Shown here piece after piece: positions 45,401 through 54,774 of a stretch of 64,000 nt of DNA; the stretch's first letter is position 1; every line of letters begins with the position of its first letter. The DNA lies in the NCBI GenBank assembly GCA_963814585.1, contig CAWFDF010000012.1:1-64000 (forward strand). The letters are read 5' to 3'. A model generated the notes under the pieces. The model had not been told where the DNA came from. It saw nothing but the letters and a program-made list of their open reading frames with translations, and ran no database searches. This DNA is from an uncultured delta proteobacterium (GTDB lineage: Bacteria; Myxococcota; Myxococcia; Myxococcales; Anaeromyxobacteraceae). Made by a program: the position numbers and the translations under genes.

Positions 45401-48400
45401 AGCAGCCGCTGCCAGGCCTCGGCGGCCCGCACCGGGTCCGGCTCCAGGCGGGCCAGCTGCCGCTGGTACTCGACCCGGGCGGCCACCTCGTGGGCGCGGT
45501 CGGCGTTGTCGGCGAGCAGCTGCTGGACCTGCTCGCCACACCCGATCTGCTGGCCGTAACCCACCGCCAGGTGGATGGCCTCGATCGAGTCGGGATCGGC
45601 GGTGAGCGCCCTCCCGGCCGCGGCAAAGGCCAGCTCGCCGTTGCGGACCTGGGTGCCGTAGAGCGCCGAGATCCGGCGCAGCAGCCCGGACCGGGCCGAC
45701 GGGTCGGCCTCGTTCTGGACGCGCGCCTCCAGGACCTCGATGAGCCGGGCGTGCTCGTTCTCGGCCGCGTAGATCGGCTCGAGCAGCGTGGCGGCGTCGA
45801 GGGCCGCCGGGCCGCTGGTCCGGGCCAGCTCCTGCAGCGCGCCCAGCGTGCCGGGGTGGCGCGGCGCCCGCTCCAGGACCAGCCGGTAGGCCGCCAGCGC
45901 CCCGGCGGCATCGGAGAGCCGGGTCTGCCGGATGCGGCCGAGCCGGTAGCGCAGCTCGGCCGCCTCGGCGGTGGTGTCGGGGTGGCGCGCGGCGGCGGCG
46001 GCCTCCCGCTCCATCACCGCCGCCAGCTCCTCCCAGCGCTCGGCCACGCCCAGCAGGCGCCCGAGCAGCCGCAGCGCCCCGGGATCCTCCGGATCGATGG
46101 CCAGGATCTTCCGGTACGCCTCGATGGCACCCTCCCGGTCGGCGAGCTGCTCGTCCATGATCTTGGCCACCTCGAAGAGAAGGTCCTTCCTCGCGTCCAG
46201 CCCCGGGGTCGCCTCGGCCAGCCGCACCAGCGTCGCGACCAGCTCGCGCTTCGCCCCCTGCCGCCGGCGCAGGCGCACCAGCGCCGACAACGGCTCCGGC
46301 CCCGGATCGGCCGCAGCCACTTCATCCCACCACGCCACCGCCCGGTCCAGCGCCCCGAGCCGCTCGCCGCAGATGGTGGCCAGGCGGCGGCGCAGCTCCA
46401 GCGCCGCCGGCGCCGGCACCCGGGGCAAGGCCGCCTGGTAGGTCCTGGCCACCGCCTCCCAGGCGGTGGTGTCGCTCGCCAGCCGCTCCAGGTCGGCCCG
46501 CGCCGCCGGGTCGTCGGCGCCGCCGGCCACCGACTCCTCGAAGACCCGGAGCCGGGTGGCGAAGGCGGCTCCGCGGTCCCCGCCGCGCTCGCGCAGGCCG
46601 GCGATCTCGGCGAGCAGCGCCGGCCGGTGCGCCGCCGGGGCCGCCTCCAGGCGGATCTCGAGCAGCATGGCGAGCCGCGCCGGATCCCCGGCCAGGCGCT
46701 GCACGTCCTCGAGGATCCGCTGCGCCTGGGCGCGGGCATCGGGGCGCTGCAGCAGCCGCTCCAGCCCGGCCACGGCGATGGGATCCCGCGGCGACTCGGC
46801 CAGCACCGCCGTGTAGGCGTCGATGGCCCGGTGCGGATCCGGGTCGCGCTCCAGCACCTCGGCACGCCGCGAGAGGATCGCCAGCCGCTCGGCCGGGTCC
46901 CGCTCCCCGGCCAGCTCGGCCATGGCGTGGAGCACCTCGACCCGGGTCGAGTCCCGGCCAGCCCGCGCCAGCGCGTCCTCCAGGGCCGCCAGCACCTCCT
47001 CGTCCTGCGGCGCCTCGAGCCGCGCCTCCGCCAGCGACGAGATCTCCGCCTCGGCGTCGCCGGCCTGGCGCCCGATGTCGGCGGCGTGGCGGAGCGCCGG
47101 GACCCGGGCGTCGCCGGTGGCCAGCGCGGCCCGCCGCAGCGCCATCTCCAGCTGCTCCTGGAACGCCGTGACCTCCGAGTAGCACCGCTCCAGCGCCTCC
47201 AGGGCCTCGCCGTCCTCCGGCTGCGCCTCCAGCACCGCCTTCCAGGCGGCGATGGCCCCGGGACCGTCGCCGAGCTCGGCGTCGCGCACCCGGGCCGCCT
47301 TGCGAAGCCACTCCAGCGCCTCGTCGCCGCCCGCGCCGGCGGCGTCCCGGTAGGCGTCGGCCAGCTCGCCGAGGGCGCCGCCCGCCTCCGCCAGCCGCCG
47401 CAGGTCGGCCTCGGCGTCGGCGCGCCCAGGCCCGCCCTCGGCGAAGGCCCGCCGCGCGGCGAGCCGCGCCGCCTGGCCGTCGCCGAGATCGTGCTCCAGG
47501 ATGGCGCGCACCTCGGCGTGGAGCCGGCCCCGCTCCACCGGCTCGTCCACGCCCGCCAGCCGGGCCTCGCGGATGGCCACGCGGCGCGGGTGATCGCCGG
47601 CGGCCCGCAGCACGACGTCGGCCACGCCCAGGGCCTCTCGCCCCACCGCCCCCGGGAGGGCCGCCAGCAGCACCAGGGCCTCGCGAGGTCCGGGCCGGGC
47701 CGGCTCGCGCCTCGCCAGCTCGGCGTGGAGCGCCAGGGCGCCGGCCGGGTCCTCGAGCCGGGTCCGGCGCAGCTCGGCCAGCCGGAAGGCGGCCTCCGGA
47801 TCGAAGCCGGCGTCGAGCCGGGCCTCCAGCGCCGCCGCCAGGTCGGCGGGGCGATCGAGCGAGGTCAGGATCCGATCGAGGGCCGCCGCCACGTCGCGGT
47901 CCTCGGGCGCCAGCGAGGCCACCTGACGCCACGCCTCGGCCGCGCGCGGCAGGTCGCCGAGCCGCGCCTCGGCCAGGGCGGCGATCTCCCGGAGCGGGTC
48001 CTGGCGGGCCGTCGGCGAGGCGGCCTGGGTGGCGATGGCCTCGCAGACCTCGAGCAGCCTGGGCCACTGCTCGGTGATCCGGTAGAGCCGGCGCAGCGCC
48101 GCCAGCGCTCCCGGATCCCCGGGCGCCACCGCCAGCAGCCGCTCCCAGGCCAGGGCCGCGCGGTCGCGCGCCTCGAGCCGCCGTTCGCACCAGTCGGCCA
48201 GCTCGCGGAGCACCACGGCACGCTCTGGCCCGCCCAGCGCCAGGGCCGCGTCGTCCATGATCCGGGCCGCGACCTCGGGATCGCGGTCGAGATCGGCCAG
48301 CCGCCGCAGCTCCCGCCGCAGCTCGGGATCTCCCGGCCGGGCGCGCACCGCCTCGACCGCCGCGCCCAGCGCCTCGGCCGGCATCGCGCCGGACCTCTCC

Positions 48401-51400
48401 TGGATCGCCGCGACCTCGTGCCATGCCGCCGCGCGCGCCTCGGCCTCGGGATGGACCCGGGCCAGGGCGGCCAGCGCTCGCAGGCGGCCCGCCACGTCGG
48501 CCCGGGCCGCGTAGGCCTCGTGGAGCGCCCGGGCGGCCGCCACCACGACCCTCGGCTCGGGGTCGGCGAGAGCCTGCTCCAGGGCGCCGGTGGCGGCGGC
48601 ATCGGACGGGTTGGCGCCGAGGACGGCCGCCAGCCGGGTCACCGCGCCGGCCTGGTCGCCCAGCCCCGCCGCCAGCCGGGCGCTCTCCATCGAGGCCCGG
48701 GCCGCCTCGGCCGGGTCGTCGGTGCACGCCGCCAGCTCGTTGAGCGCCTGGGCCTGCCCGGCCGGATCGCCCGCCGCCGCCAGCGCCGCGGCCAGCTGGG
48801 AGAGCAGGCGGGGCCGGCTGGCCGGCGCGGCCAGCTCCAGCGCCTCGCGGTACAGCTCGACCGCGGCCGGCGCCCGGTGGAGCCGCTCCTGCAGCACCTC
48901 GGCCTGCTGCGCCAGCAGCACCGATCGCTCGGGTCCCGCGGCGGCCCGGGCCCTCTCGGCCAGCAGCTCGGCCGCCTCGCTCCAGCGCTCCGCGACCAGG
49001 CAGACCCGCGTCAGCCTGGCCAGCACCTCCGGGTCGCCGGGGCGGAGCTCCAGGCAGCGGCGCAGCTGATCGGCGGCGGCGTCGGAGGCTCCCAGCTCCT
49101 CCTCGGCGACCGCGGCGGCCCGGCGGCGCAGCACCGCCTCCTCGTCCGGCCTCCCGTCCAGGCGGCGCGCCGCCTCGTCGAGGAGGGCGTAGAGCTCCCC
49201 CTGCGCGCCCACCCGGTGGGCCAGCAACTCGCAGCGCTTGCGGGCCTCGGTGTGGCCGGGCGCGGCCCGCAGCGCCTCGGCGGCCACGGTGAGCGCCCCC
49301 CGCGCGTCGCCCAGCCGCTCGGCCCGGATCACCGAGGCGTCGAGCAGGTGGCGAGCCCGCTCGCGCGGATCGGCGTCGGCGGGGAGGCGGCGAGCCACCA
49401 GCTCCAGCATCGCCACCTGCTTGGCGTGCTCGCCGCGCGCCGCGTGGATCGGCGCCAGGACCCGGGCGATGCGGAGCGGGTCGAGCCCGCGCGCCAGCAG
49501 CCGCTCCAGCAGCGCCACGGCCTGCTGCTGCTGCGAGGTGGTGACGCCGCCGGCGGAGAGCAGCGCCGTGACCACGCCGGCCGCCTCGCCGTGGCGACCC
49601 AGCGGCTCCACCAGGATGGCGGCCCGCTCGAGCTCCAGCTCGGCCCGCTCCGGAGCGCCGCGGACCAGCGTCGCCAGGTGGGCCAGCACCTGCGTCCGCT
49701 CCTCGGCCGCCACCGCCCCCGGTGTCTCCTCCAGCGCCGCGTGGAGCCCCCAGAGCGCCTCCTGGTCGTCGGTGGAGGCGGCCAGCAGCTCGCGCCAGAT
49801 CTCCGCCGCTGCGGTCCCGCGCCCGGCGCCGCTCAACGCCCTCGCCAGCGCGTAGCCGGAGGCCCGCTTCGCCGGACCCAGCGCCTGGGCATGGGCCGCC
49901 TCCAGCCGGACCAGCTCCTCGCCCTGCTGCCGGGCCCGGGCCTCGCACTCGGCCAGCGCGCCGGCGGCCTCACGGTCGGAGGGATCGAGCGCCGCCAGCT
50001 CGCGCCAGGCCACCGCGGCCGCCTCGGGCTGCCCCAGATCGCGATCCAGCACCTCGCCGGCCCGACGCAGCAGCGCCCGGCGCACCGCCGGATCGCCGGC
50101 CACGGCCTGGGCCGCCGAGCGGAGCGCCCGGCACAGCGCCGGGAGCAGCCCGGCCCGCCGCGCCGTCTCCTCGAGCGCGATCCGGACCGAGCCTCGGCGG
50201 GGGTCCAGCGCCAGGGCGCGCGACAGCGTCCGGAAGGCATCGCCGGGGCGCTCCAGCTGCTCCAGCTCGACGGCGGCCAGCCGCTCCTGCAGCCGGACCC
50301 GCTCGGCGGCGTCGGGCTCCGACGCCACCCGCAGCGCCAGCACCTCGGCCAGCCGGGGCCACTCGCCCCGCTCGGTGAGCAGCGGCACCAGCGCCGCGGC
50401 CGCCGGCGCGTTGCCGGGATCGGCCCGCAGCGCCGCCTCGAGGTGGCGCACCGCCCGCTCGCTGTCCTCGAGCCGCGTCCGCGCCAGCTCGGCGGCGCGC
50501 ACCCGCAGCAGCGCGTGCCCCGCCCTCTCCGGGGTGGCCTCCAGGTGCCGCTCCAGCACCAGCAGCGCGTCGGCGAAGCGGCCGGCATCCGCCAGCTGCT
50601 CGAACGACTGGAGCGCGGCCGTCTCGCAGGCGGGGTCGAGCTCCAGCGCCTTGAGCAGCGAGGCCAGGGCGCCCGGCGCGTCGCCGAGCCGGATCAGCTT
50701 GAGGCGAGCGGCCGTGAGGTGCAGCTGCACCAGGCCGCCGCGATCCCGGGTCGTCGACACCAGCCGCTCCAGCGCCGCGGCCTGGCCCCCGAAGTCCTTG
50801 CGCTCCTCCAGGACCCGCTCCAGCAGCTCGAGCACCGCAGGCTGCCCGGGCACCTGCGCCCAGGCCCGCTCCAGCAGGGCGACGGCGGGCCCGTGGCCGT
50901 CGGGCGCGTAGGCCGCCTGGAGCTGGGCCGCGCGCAGCAGGAGCTCGGCGGCCTCCTTGCGGGGCGCGGTGGCCGCCCGCGCCTCCAGGTCGGCCTCCTC
51001 GTCGCGCCAGCGCCGCGGCACCGCGGCCAGCCGCTCGCGGGCCTCGGCGGCCCCCGGCACCGCCCGGTCCAGCGTCTGCGCCTCGATGAGCGCGTCCATG
51101 GCGATGTCGTGGAAGAGCGCGTGATCGGCCAGCGTGGCGCCCAGCCGCGCGTAGTCCCGGGCCAGCGCCTTCGGCTCGGCATCGGCCTCGCGGGCCCCGT
51201 CGAGCAGCCGCTTGGCCTGCCCGTAGCGCCTCAGCGCCAGGCAGGCGTCGAGGCCGCGGGCGCGCGCCTCGACCAGGCTGGGGTCGAGCCGCACCGCCCC
51301 GGCGTAACGCAGCACCGCCCGGTCGCGCCGCCCCAGCTGCTCCTCGTGAAGCCGTCCGAGCCGCAGCGCCAGCCTGGCGCCCTCGGCCGGCGCGGCCGTG

Positions 51401-51756
51401 GCCAGGGCCCGCCGCTCCAGCACCTCGGCCAGCGCGGCCCAGTCCTGGCGCGCCTCGGCCAGCTCGGAGAGTGCCTGGAGCGCCAGCGGGCTGACCGGAT
51501 CGCTGGCCAGCAGCGCGCGGTAGAGCTCCTCGGCCCGCACCGGGTTGGCGGCGTCGCGGCGCGCCACCTCGGCGGCCTGCGCCAGCAGCCTCGCCGCCTC
51601 GGCGGCCGGCACCACCCGGGAGCGCGCCTCCAGCAACGAGGCCAGCTCCTCGAAGCGGCCGCTCGTCCGGTAGGCCGACTCGAGCGCCTGGAAGGCCTCG
51701 GCGTCGCCGGGGGCGGCTTCGAGGGTCTCCAGGTGAGCCCGGATGAGGTGATCCAT
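39463..51756 (-). CDS. gltI: Giant TPR protein GltI/AgmK (4097 aa)
   Basis: Continuous TPR-like repeats; lies between the gltH-like and gltJ-like genes. Confidence 0.85.
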   Translation of the reverse strand: MDHLIRAHLETLEAAPGDAEAFQALESAYRTSGRFEELASLLEARSRVVPAAEAARLLAQAAEVARRDAANPVRAEELYRALLASDPVSPLALQALSELAEARQDWAALAEVLERRALATAAPAEGARLALRLGRLHEEQLGRRDRAVLRYAGAVRLDPSLVEARARGLDACLALRRYGQAKRLLDGAREADAEPKALARDYARLGATLADHALFHDIAMDALIEAQTLDRAVPGAAEARERLAAVPRRWRDEEADLEARAATAPRKEAAELLLRAAQLQAAYAPDGHGPAVALLERAWAQVPGQPAVLELLERVLEERKDFGGQAAALERLVSTTRDRGGLVQLHLTAARLKLIRLGDAPGALASLLKALELDPACETAALQSFEQLADAGRFADALLVLERHLEATPERAGHALLRVRAAELARTRLEDSERAVRHLEAALRADPGNAPAAAALVPLLTERGEWPRLAEVLALRVASEPDAAERVRLQERLAAVELEQLERPGDAFRTLSRALALDPRRGSVRIALEETARRAGLLPALCRALRSAAQAVAGDPAVRRALLRRAGEVLDRDLGQPEAAAVAWRELAALDPSDREAAGALAECEARARQQGEELVRLEAAHAQALGPAKRASGYALARALSGAGRGTAAAEIWRELLAASTDDQEALWGLHAALEETPGAVAAEERTQVLAHLATLVRGAPERAELELERAAILVEPLGRHGEAAGVVTALLSAGGVTTSQQQQAVALLERLLARGLDPLRIARVLAPIHAARGEHAKQVAMLELVARRLPADADPRERARHLLDASVIRAERLGDARGALTVAAEALRAAPGHTEARKRCELLAHRVGAQGELYALLDEAARRLDGRPDEEAVLRRRAAAVAEEELGASDAAADQLRRCLELRPGDPEVLARLTRVCLVAERWSEAAELLAERARAAAGPERSVLLAQQAEVLQERLHRAPAAVELYREALELAAPASRPRLLSQLAAALAAAGDPAGQAQALNELAACTDDPAEAARASMESARLAAGLGDQAGAVTRLAAVLGANPSDAAATGALEQALADPEPRVVVAAARALHEAYAARADVAGRLRALAALARVHPEAEARAAAWHEVAAIQERSGAMPAEALGAAVEAVRARPGDPELRRELRRLADLDRDPEVAARIMDDAALALGGPERAVVLRELADWCERRLEARDRAALAWERLLAVAPGDPGALAALRRLYRITEQWPRLLEVCEAIATQAASPTARQDPLREIAALAEARLGDLPRAAEAWRQVASLAPEDRDVAAALDRILTSLDRPADLAAALEARLDAGFDPEAAFRLAELRRTRLEDPAGALALHAELARREPARPGPREALVLLAALPGAVGREALGVADVVLRAAGDHPRRVAIREARLAGVDEPVERGRLHAEVRAILEHDLGDGQAARLAARRAFAEGGPGRADAEADLRRLAEAGGALGELADAYRDAAGAGGDEALEWLRKAARVRDAELGDGPGAIAAWKAVLEAQPEDGEALEALERCYSEVTAFQEQLEMALRRAALATGDARVPALRHAADIGRQAGDAEAEISSLAEARLEAPQDEEVLAALEDALARAGRDSTRVEVLHAMAELAGERDPAERLAILSRRAEVLERDPDPHRAIDAYTAVLAESPRDPIAVAGLERLLQRPDARAQAQRILEDVQRLAGDPARLAMLLEIRLEAAPAAHRPALLAEIAGLRERGGDRGAAFATRLRVFEESVAGGADDPAARADLERLASDTTAWEAVARTYQAALPRVPAPAALELRRRLATICGERLGALDRAVAWWDEVAAADPGPEPLSALVRLRRRQGAKRELVATLVRLAEATPGLDARKDLLFEVAKIMDEQLADREGAIEAYRKILAIDPEDPGALRLLGRLLGVAERWEELAAVMEREAAAAARHPDTTAEAAELRYRLGRIRQTRLSDAAGALAAYRLVLERAPRHPGTLGALQELARTSGPAALDAATLLEPIYAAENEHARLIEVLEARVQNEADPSARSGLLRRISALYGTQVRNGELAFAAAGRALTADPDSIEAIHLAVGYGQQIGCGEQVQQLLADNADRAHEVAARVEYQRQLARLEPDPVRAAEAWQRLLELAPEDREASAGLLDTLRGGTNAEALEKALRRALALAERPEARASLLADLAVLQEERLGDPAGAAATLKRLLELAPGNREAMARLDRLHVAGERWVELGDLLARELAAARQAGDGQAVRVLGQRLGELKETRLLDREGALALYEEVLASRPDAPETLARLAAMLEKDPGNARAAQALETAYAAAGDHRQQAAALETRASSRPDRQERKALWMQLADLRTGPLAEPELAFVALSRAFRDDPADDALRARIEALAARTGQYEELAALYEDEIDKLPPAPMAAAALVLGRLHEEQLDGPPQAAQWYQRAWSLDPTTSRVALPALERLHQRLEDWPALAGVLQALALEAIGGDRVPYLYRLGRLCEERLAAPDQAARAYEQALAVDPRHLPSLQALEQLYEAAGRKAELFDNLAAQRAVVNDGATRERLLARQATLATELGRPEEAVELWRAVLALRARHEEALAALEQLLQQLERWSELAAHLRVCIGATVDRREVTRLNDKLGWLMGVKLGDPAQAIQSYKAVLASDSSNKRALESLRDIYAAQGDLEGLAGTLRQLIPRQEEPAGVKRIRLELAEVLVRAGQKLAAVEQAKLAFGIEPHGIEELVRIEEVFRTAGAAADGIRAAEARAAALAQSGGPAEAIPAWLAVAELWAVQKRPDAAASALEKVLALDAGNRPAFLQLRDLHAAAGNWRAYADLCLLFAPHADPEERLALLKEVAVLREQRLGEKHMASLAWNRVLGEAPGDEQALSECWRLAHEGKDQDTLAVVIEDAADKARGMVRARLLLKLGQLLDAPPLDDAEGAENAIRRALEADPANPEVLDALADFFKRRGRIQELVITIEQKLESAAGLDEKKGLLLEVSRLYDGVLHDVDEAVTALRRILELDGGDPAALEALAAIFRREHRWGELAAVLSRARDLAGDDAARLGWQLQIAGLDENEIGDDEAAVEDYRTVLGLDDRNAAALAGLERLYTKLDRFAELNRVYERQVQLSTDPAEQVRVLARSAGIFEEKMHDPARATQQNEAILRIEGGNIPAIKALERLYREQGLFDRLLTVMAHHLDLLTDRKEQVALMVSIGDVWWKEMSRVDRAEATFTRAIQLDPESRQAVAALGRLYERSGNWNLALEMLQREGRIAGASPDAVEIYVRIGAIDEDMLLDLGAAREAYGKALALDPGCLPALRAMKGIAEREGNRDGYLELLTAEARYAEDEAQRADRWTEVGRILQEERDDREGAARAYEEALKLVPGHLPAARPLSDLYVGLQRWTDAARVLESIVRSLEGGGDAKELCRQSYRQGYVAEKLGQRDQALRSYRRAYELDATYLPALEGLGNLLVAEGLFEEALRIFTAIIIHHRDQLTDLEVVETHWQIGEVAEKLQQPDRAIGSFKKALELDGGHEPSRRSLIRLLEAAGDWEGAVEQRQRLLPALEGRARFEALVAIGQACRDHLKDPYQAIDALLGASRLDPTDAPVTEALLALYRETRQGQKAADVLAQIIARPEVQADPPRAARLHVLLAEILRDEVKDEAGALAQFEKALDLNPRLPQAFAWIEQVLGRGKRWAELEQAYLRMVQRLPKSADAAPARLALWKTLGDLYRNVLKSDDGARMAYQVVSRADPEDAVAVELYADLSARTPGQEAEATQAYRQLLKLGAKPQKALGALVSLHATRKQYDRAYSAAQVLVHLAGQATPEDVAVVARLRKFARDQAARPLDDTHWGRLLHERLRGPLADVMALLALHARPMFVQSPKELGINVKKDEVDVPGSMLFLVNMFKYVARTLGVEPLRLFRRAEVPCRLQLVPTEPPGVLVAEELFSDRPKKELWFALGKALAFRRPELYMARLMPHDQLDLVFQAACSVGTSKFVVTADSHLVAKLKTELEKVLPEKVRANTLKLLARQYCEVQHPGDVRAYLDGAELTSNRVGALLAADLEIVRRGVLGEKAQVSKLRDETKLKDLSNFCISEDYAELREQLGLAAVTPA

Positions 51757-51772
51757 CCCGCCCCCGAGGGAC

Positions 51773-52411
51773 CTAGAACGTGTAGCGCACGAGCGGCGTC
51801 ACGGCGAAGCCCGGAGCCTTGGCGGAGAGCACGTACACCCCGTCGACCTGAAGGCCCACCGAGAAGTGGCGGAGCTGCGTGAAGTACTCGGCGCCGAGCC
51901 CGCCGCCGACCAGGACGTCGGTGTCGGCGAAGAGGCCGGAGGGATGGGAGACGAGGTAGCCGCCGCGGGCATGGGCGTAGAGGAAGAACCGCTGGTAGCC
52001 GTTTCGATCCCTGGAGCCGTAGAAGGCGTAGCGGAGGTCGGCGCCGGCGACGAGCAGGTCGAAGGCGCCATAGGAGGCGCTGGCCTTCAGGTTGGCCCCC
52101 TCGGCGAAGATCGCGATGGCCAGCCGCTCGGTGACGTCGTAGCCGAGGTGGAGGCCGATGACGCCGCCCTGGGCGGTGCCGCCCCCCTCGGTGGCGAAGG
52201 GGTACTTGGCGGTGTCCTGGTTGGGCGTCTCGAGCAGCGCCATCCAGCCGACCTCGAAGCCGACGAAGAGCCCGCGCTCGACGTCCTTGTACTTGGGGGC
52301 GCGCGGATCCTCCACCGGCGCCGGGGCGGCGTCCTGGGCGCGGGCGACGGCCGGCGCGGCCGCGAGCGCCAGCGCCATCACCAGGACCAAGCGGGCAGCG
52401 ATGGAGGACAC
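51773..52411 (-). CDS. gltH: Outer-membrane beta-barrel GltH/CglE
   Basis: Signal peptide, VERGLF, EYFTQLRHFSVG, terminal YTF; synteny. Confidence 0.78.
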   Translation of the reverse strand: MSSIAARLVLVMALALAAAPAVARAQDAAPAPVEDPRAPKYKDVERGLFVGFEVGWMALLETPNQDTAKYPFATEGGGTAQGGVIGLHLGYDVTERLAIAIFAEGANLKASASYGAFDLLVAGADLRYAFYGSRDRNGYQRFFLYAHARGGYLVSHPSGLFADTDVLVGGGLGAEYFTQLRHFSVGLQVDGVYVLSAKAPGFAVTPLVRYTF

Positions 52412-52424
52412 GGCGGCTCCTCTC

Positions 52425-54447
52425 CTACTCCAGGCCAGAGGCCCGCAGGATCCAGGGATAGGTGATGACGGCGATGCCGCCGCCCTTGGGCTTGGGGAAC
52501 TGCCAGCTGACGATGCGGGCCATCATGCACTGGTGGACCTTGTCGTTGAGGAGGGTGGTGGAGCCCATGTCCACGCTGGCGTTGGAGGCGTTCCCCTCGG
52601 CGTCGATGACCCACTTGATGGCCACCTTGCCGGCCAGCTTGGGGTTCACCGCCAGCTGCTCCTCGTAGCAGAAGCGGATCTGCGCGGCGTGCTCCTGGAT
52701 CACCTTGCGGATCAGCTCCTTGTCGATGGAGCCCATCACCAGGGCGGTGCCGGCGGTGATCGCCACCTCGCGGTCGGTCTTGCGCCCGAGGCTGCCGACG
52801 CCCTGGCCGTACCCGCCCAGGCCGCCGCCCCGGCCCTTGGTGCCGATGCCGCCGATCCCGACCGTCTCGCCGGCGCCACCGCCGCCCGTGCCGGTGCCGC
52901 GCACGCCGAGGCCGCCGAAGCCGAGGCTGTCGCCCACGGCGTTCCCGAACATGTTGCCCACGGCGCCGCGGACGTCGCCGCCGAGGCCGCCGGACCCGAA
53001 GACGGTGGCCAGGCCCCCGCCGCCGCCGCGCCCGAGCGCGCCCAGCACGCCCATGCGCTTCACGACCTCCTTGGCGTTGGGGTCGATGGCCTTGGGGGCG
53101 GAGCGGCCGTCGGTCTTGGGCGCGTCCTTCTTGCCCATCTTGCCTTCCTCACCCTTGTGCTTCTCGGCCATCTCGCCCGACTGCTCCTCCTTCTTCGGCC
53201 CCTTCTCGCCGACCAGCTTCTCGGCCGGCTTGGGCGCCTCGGGCGGCTTGATGATGAACTTGGCCATCCGCGAGGGGTTCTTGAAGAGGTCGTCGGCGAG
53301 GATGTCGGTCTCGTACGGGAAGTTGTTCGAGGCGACGATGAAGCCCGCCTGCAGGAAGAGCAGGACCAGGAAGAGGTTGAGGAACTGGTAGTTGATGCGC
53401 TCCCACCACGGTGGCACCTCGAGCGCCTCGGGGCGGCGAGCCCGGGCCTCGACGGCGAGCCCGGCGCCCAGCTCGGCGCGGATGGCGCCGGAGCGGGGCA
53501 CCGGGACGGTGTAGCCGCCCGGCACCGTGGCGTCGGCGGTGGCCTGGTGGCCCCTCACCAGGTCGGCCAGCGTGGTGCGGGTGCCCTTCGCCTCCAGGGC
53601 GCCGGTCATGCCCCGGGCGAAGGCGAAGGTGTACTCACCACCGCCATAGCGGAGGATCGGGAACTGGGGCGTCGGCAGCTGGCTGGCCGGCACACCCAGG
53701 GCGCAGGCCGGCCCCTCGCCGATCAGCACCGGGGCCCTGGGCGCCAGGAAGGCGCCGGCGTCGATGAGGGTCTCACCCCACAACAGCCTGAGCTCGACGC
53801 CGTGGTCGCCCGAGATCTCCTCGGCCGAGGCGGCGGCGCGTGGGAGCCGCCAGCCCTTCCTGGCGGGCCGGCCGGACGTGGGCGCGGGCGCGGGTGCCGC
53901 CGAGGGCCCGGGCGCTCGCGCAGGTGCCGGGGCTGGCGCGGCGGCGACGGGCGCGGGCGCTCGCCCGGGTGCTGCGCTGGCCGGAGCCGCTGGAGCCACC
54001 GTGGCAGCAGCCGGAGCGGCGGGAGCCACCGTGGCGGCAGCCGGAGCCGGGGGAGCCACCGTGGCCGCAGCCGGAACACGGGCCGCCAGGGGGAGCTGGC
54101 GCCGCGGTGGGGACCGGGGCCGCCGGGACCGGAGCCGCGACGGCGCCACCCTCGACCACCAGGGCGATGCGGAGCCCGCCCACCGTCAGCTGGTCGCCCG
54201 CCTTGATGGGGCTGCGCGAGACCTTGCGGCCGTTGACGAACGTCCCCTCCGCGCTCCCCATGTCGATGACCGAGATGGCGCCGTCGGCGGCCACCTCGAT
54301 CACGGCGTGGATGCGCGAGACCCGGTCGTCGTCGAGCGGCAGGTGCGCCGTGGCCAGCCGGCCGATCTTGATGATGTCCCGGGTGAACTGCTCGGTGCGA
54401 AGCAGCTGATCGCCGCGAAACACCTGGAGGGTGATGGGCGTCGCCAT
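52425..54447 (-). CDS. gltG: GltG/PglI (FHA, TM, TonB-C) with a frameshift near 54090
   Basis: The FHA ORF 53773..54447 (IGR..VSRIHA..SAEGTFVNG) joins the TonB-like ORF 52425..54149 (IRFCYE..FPKPKGGG) across a Pro/Ala linker. Confidence 0.82.
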
Positions 54448-54452
54448 CTCGG

Positions 54453-54716
54453 CTACAGCTCCCCGGACGCCTGCATCACCTTGTCACGCCAGGTCTCGCG
54501 GATCCGGATCAGGTTCGAGTGCGAGACCTTGCGGCGGGCCTCGACGTATTCACCGTCGGGTCGCTTCAGGTCGCCGCTGATGGTGTCGTCCTCGAAGTTG
54601 ATCTCGGTCCGCTTCTCGTACGTCACGGTTGGCTTGGGCGCCGGCTTGTCCTGGGCCATCGGGGCCGAAGGCAGGGCGATCGCGGCGAGCAGCGTCGACA
54701 GGACGAGGGTGCGCAT
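54453..54716 (-). CDS. gltF: Small exported gliding protein GltF/CglF
   Basis: Signal peptide, TEINFEDDTISGDLKRPDG..LIRIR. Confidence 0.82.
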   Translation of the reverse strand: MRTLVLSTLLAAIALPSAPMAQDKPAPKPTVTYEKRTEINFEDDTISGDLKRPDGEYVEARRKVSHSNLIRIRETWRDKVMQASGEL

Positions 54717-54774
54717 GGGCGAGGACCTCATGTTCACGCGAGCTTACCACCGGTCCGGCGCCGGGGCGAAACCG

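Noticed and set aside
39694..51882. Very long plus-strand ORFs (1814 aa and 2130 aa) and an alternative-frame 1401-aa ORF
   Set aside because: Shadow frames of gltI caused by extreme GC codon bias; low-complexity Arg/Gly/Pro/Ala composition and no motifs.
53985..54075. 30-bp tandem repeats in gltG, and similar short repeats near 61265-61380
   Set aside because: They encode Pro/Ala/Lys-rich linkers (AAATVAPxAP; ARTEP, KKAEP) and are ordinary coding repeats.
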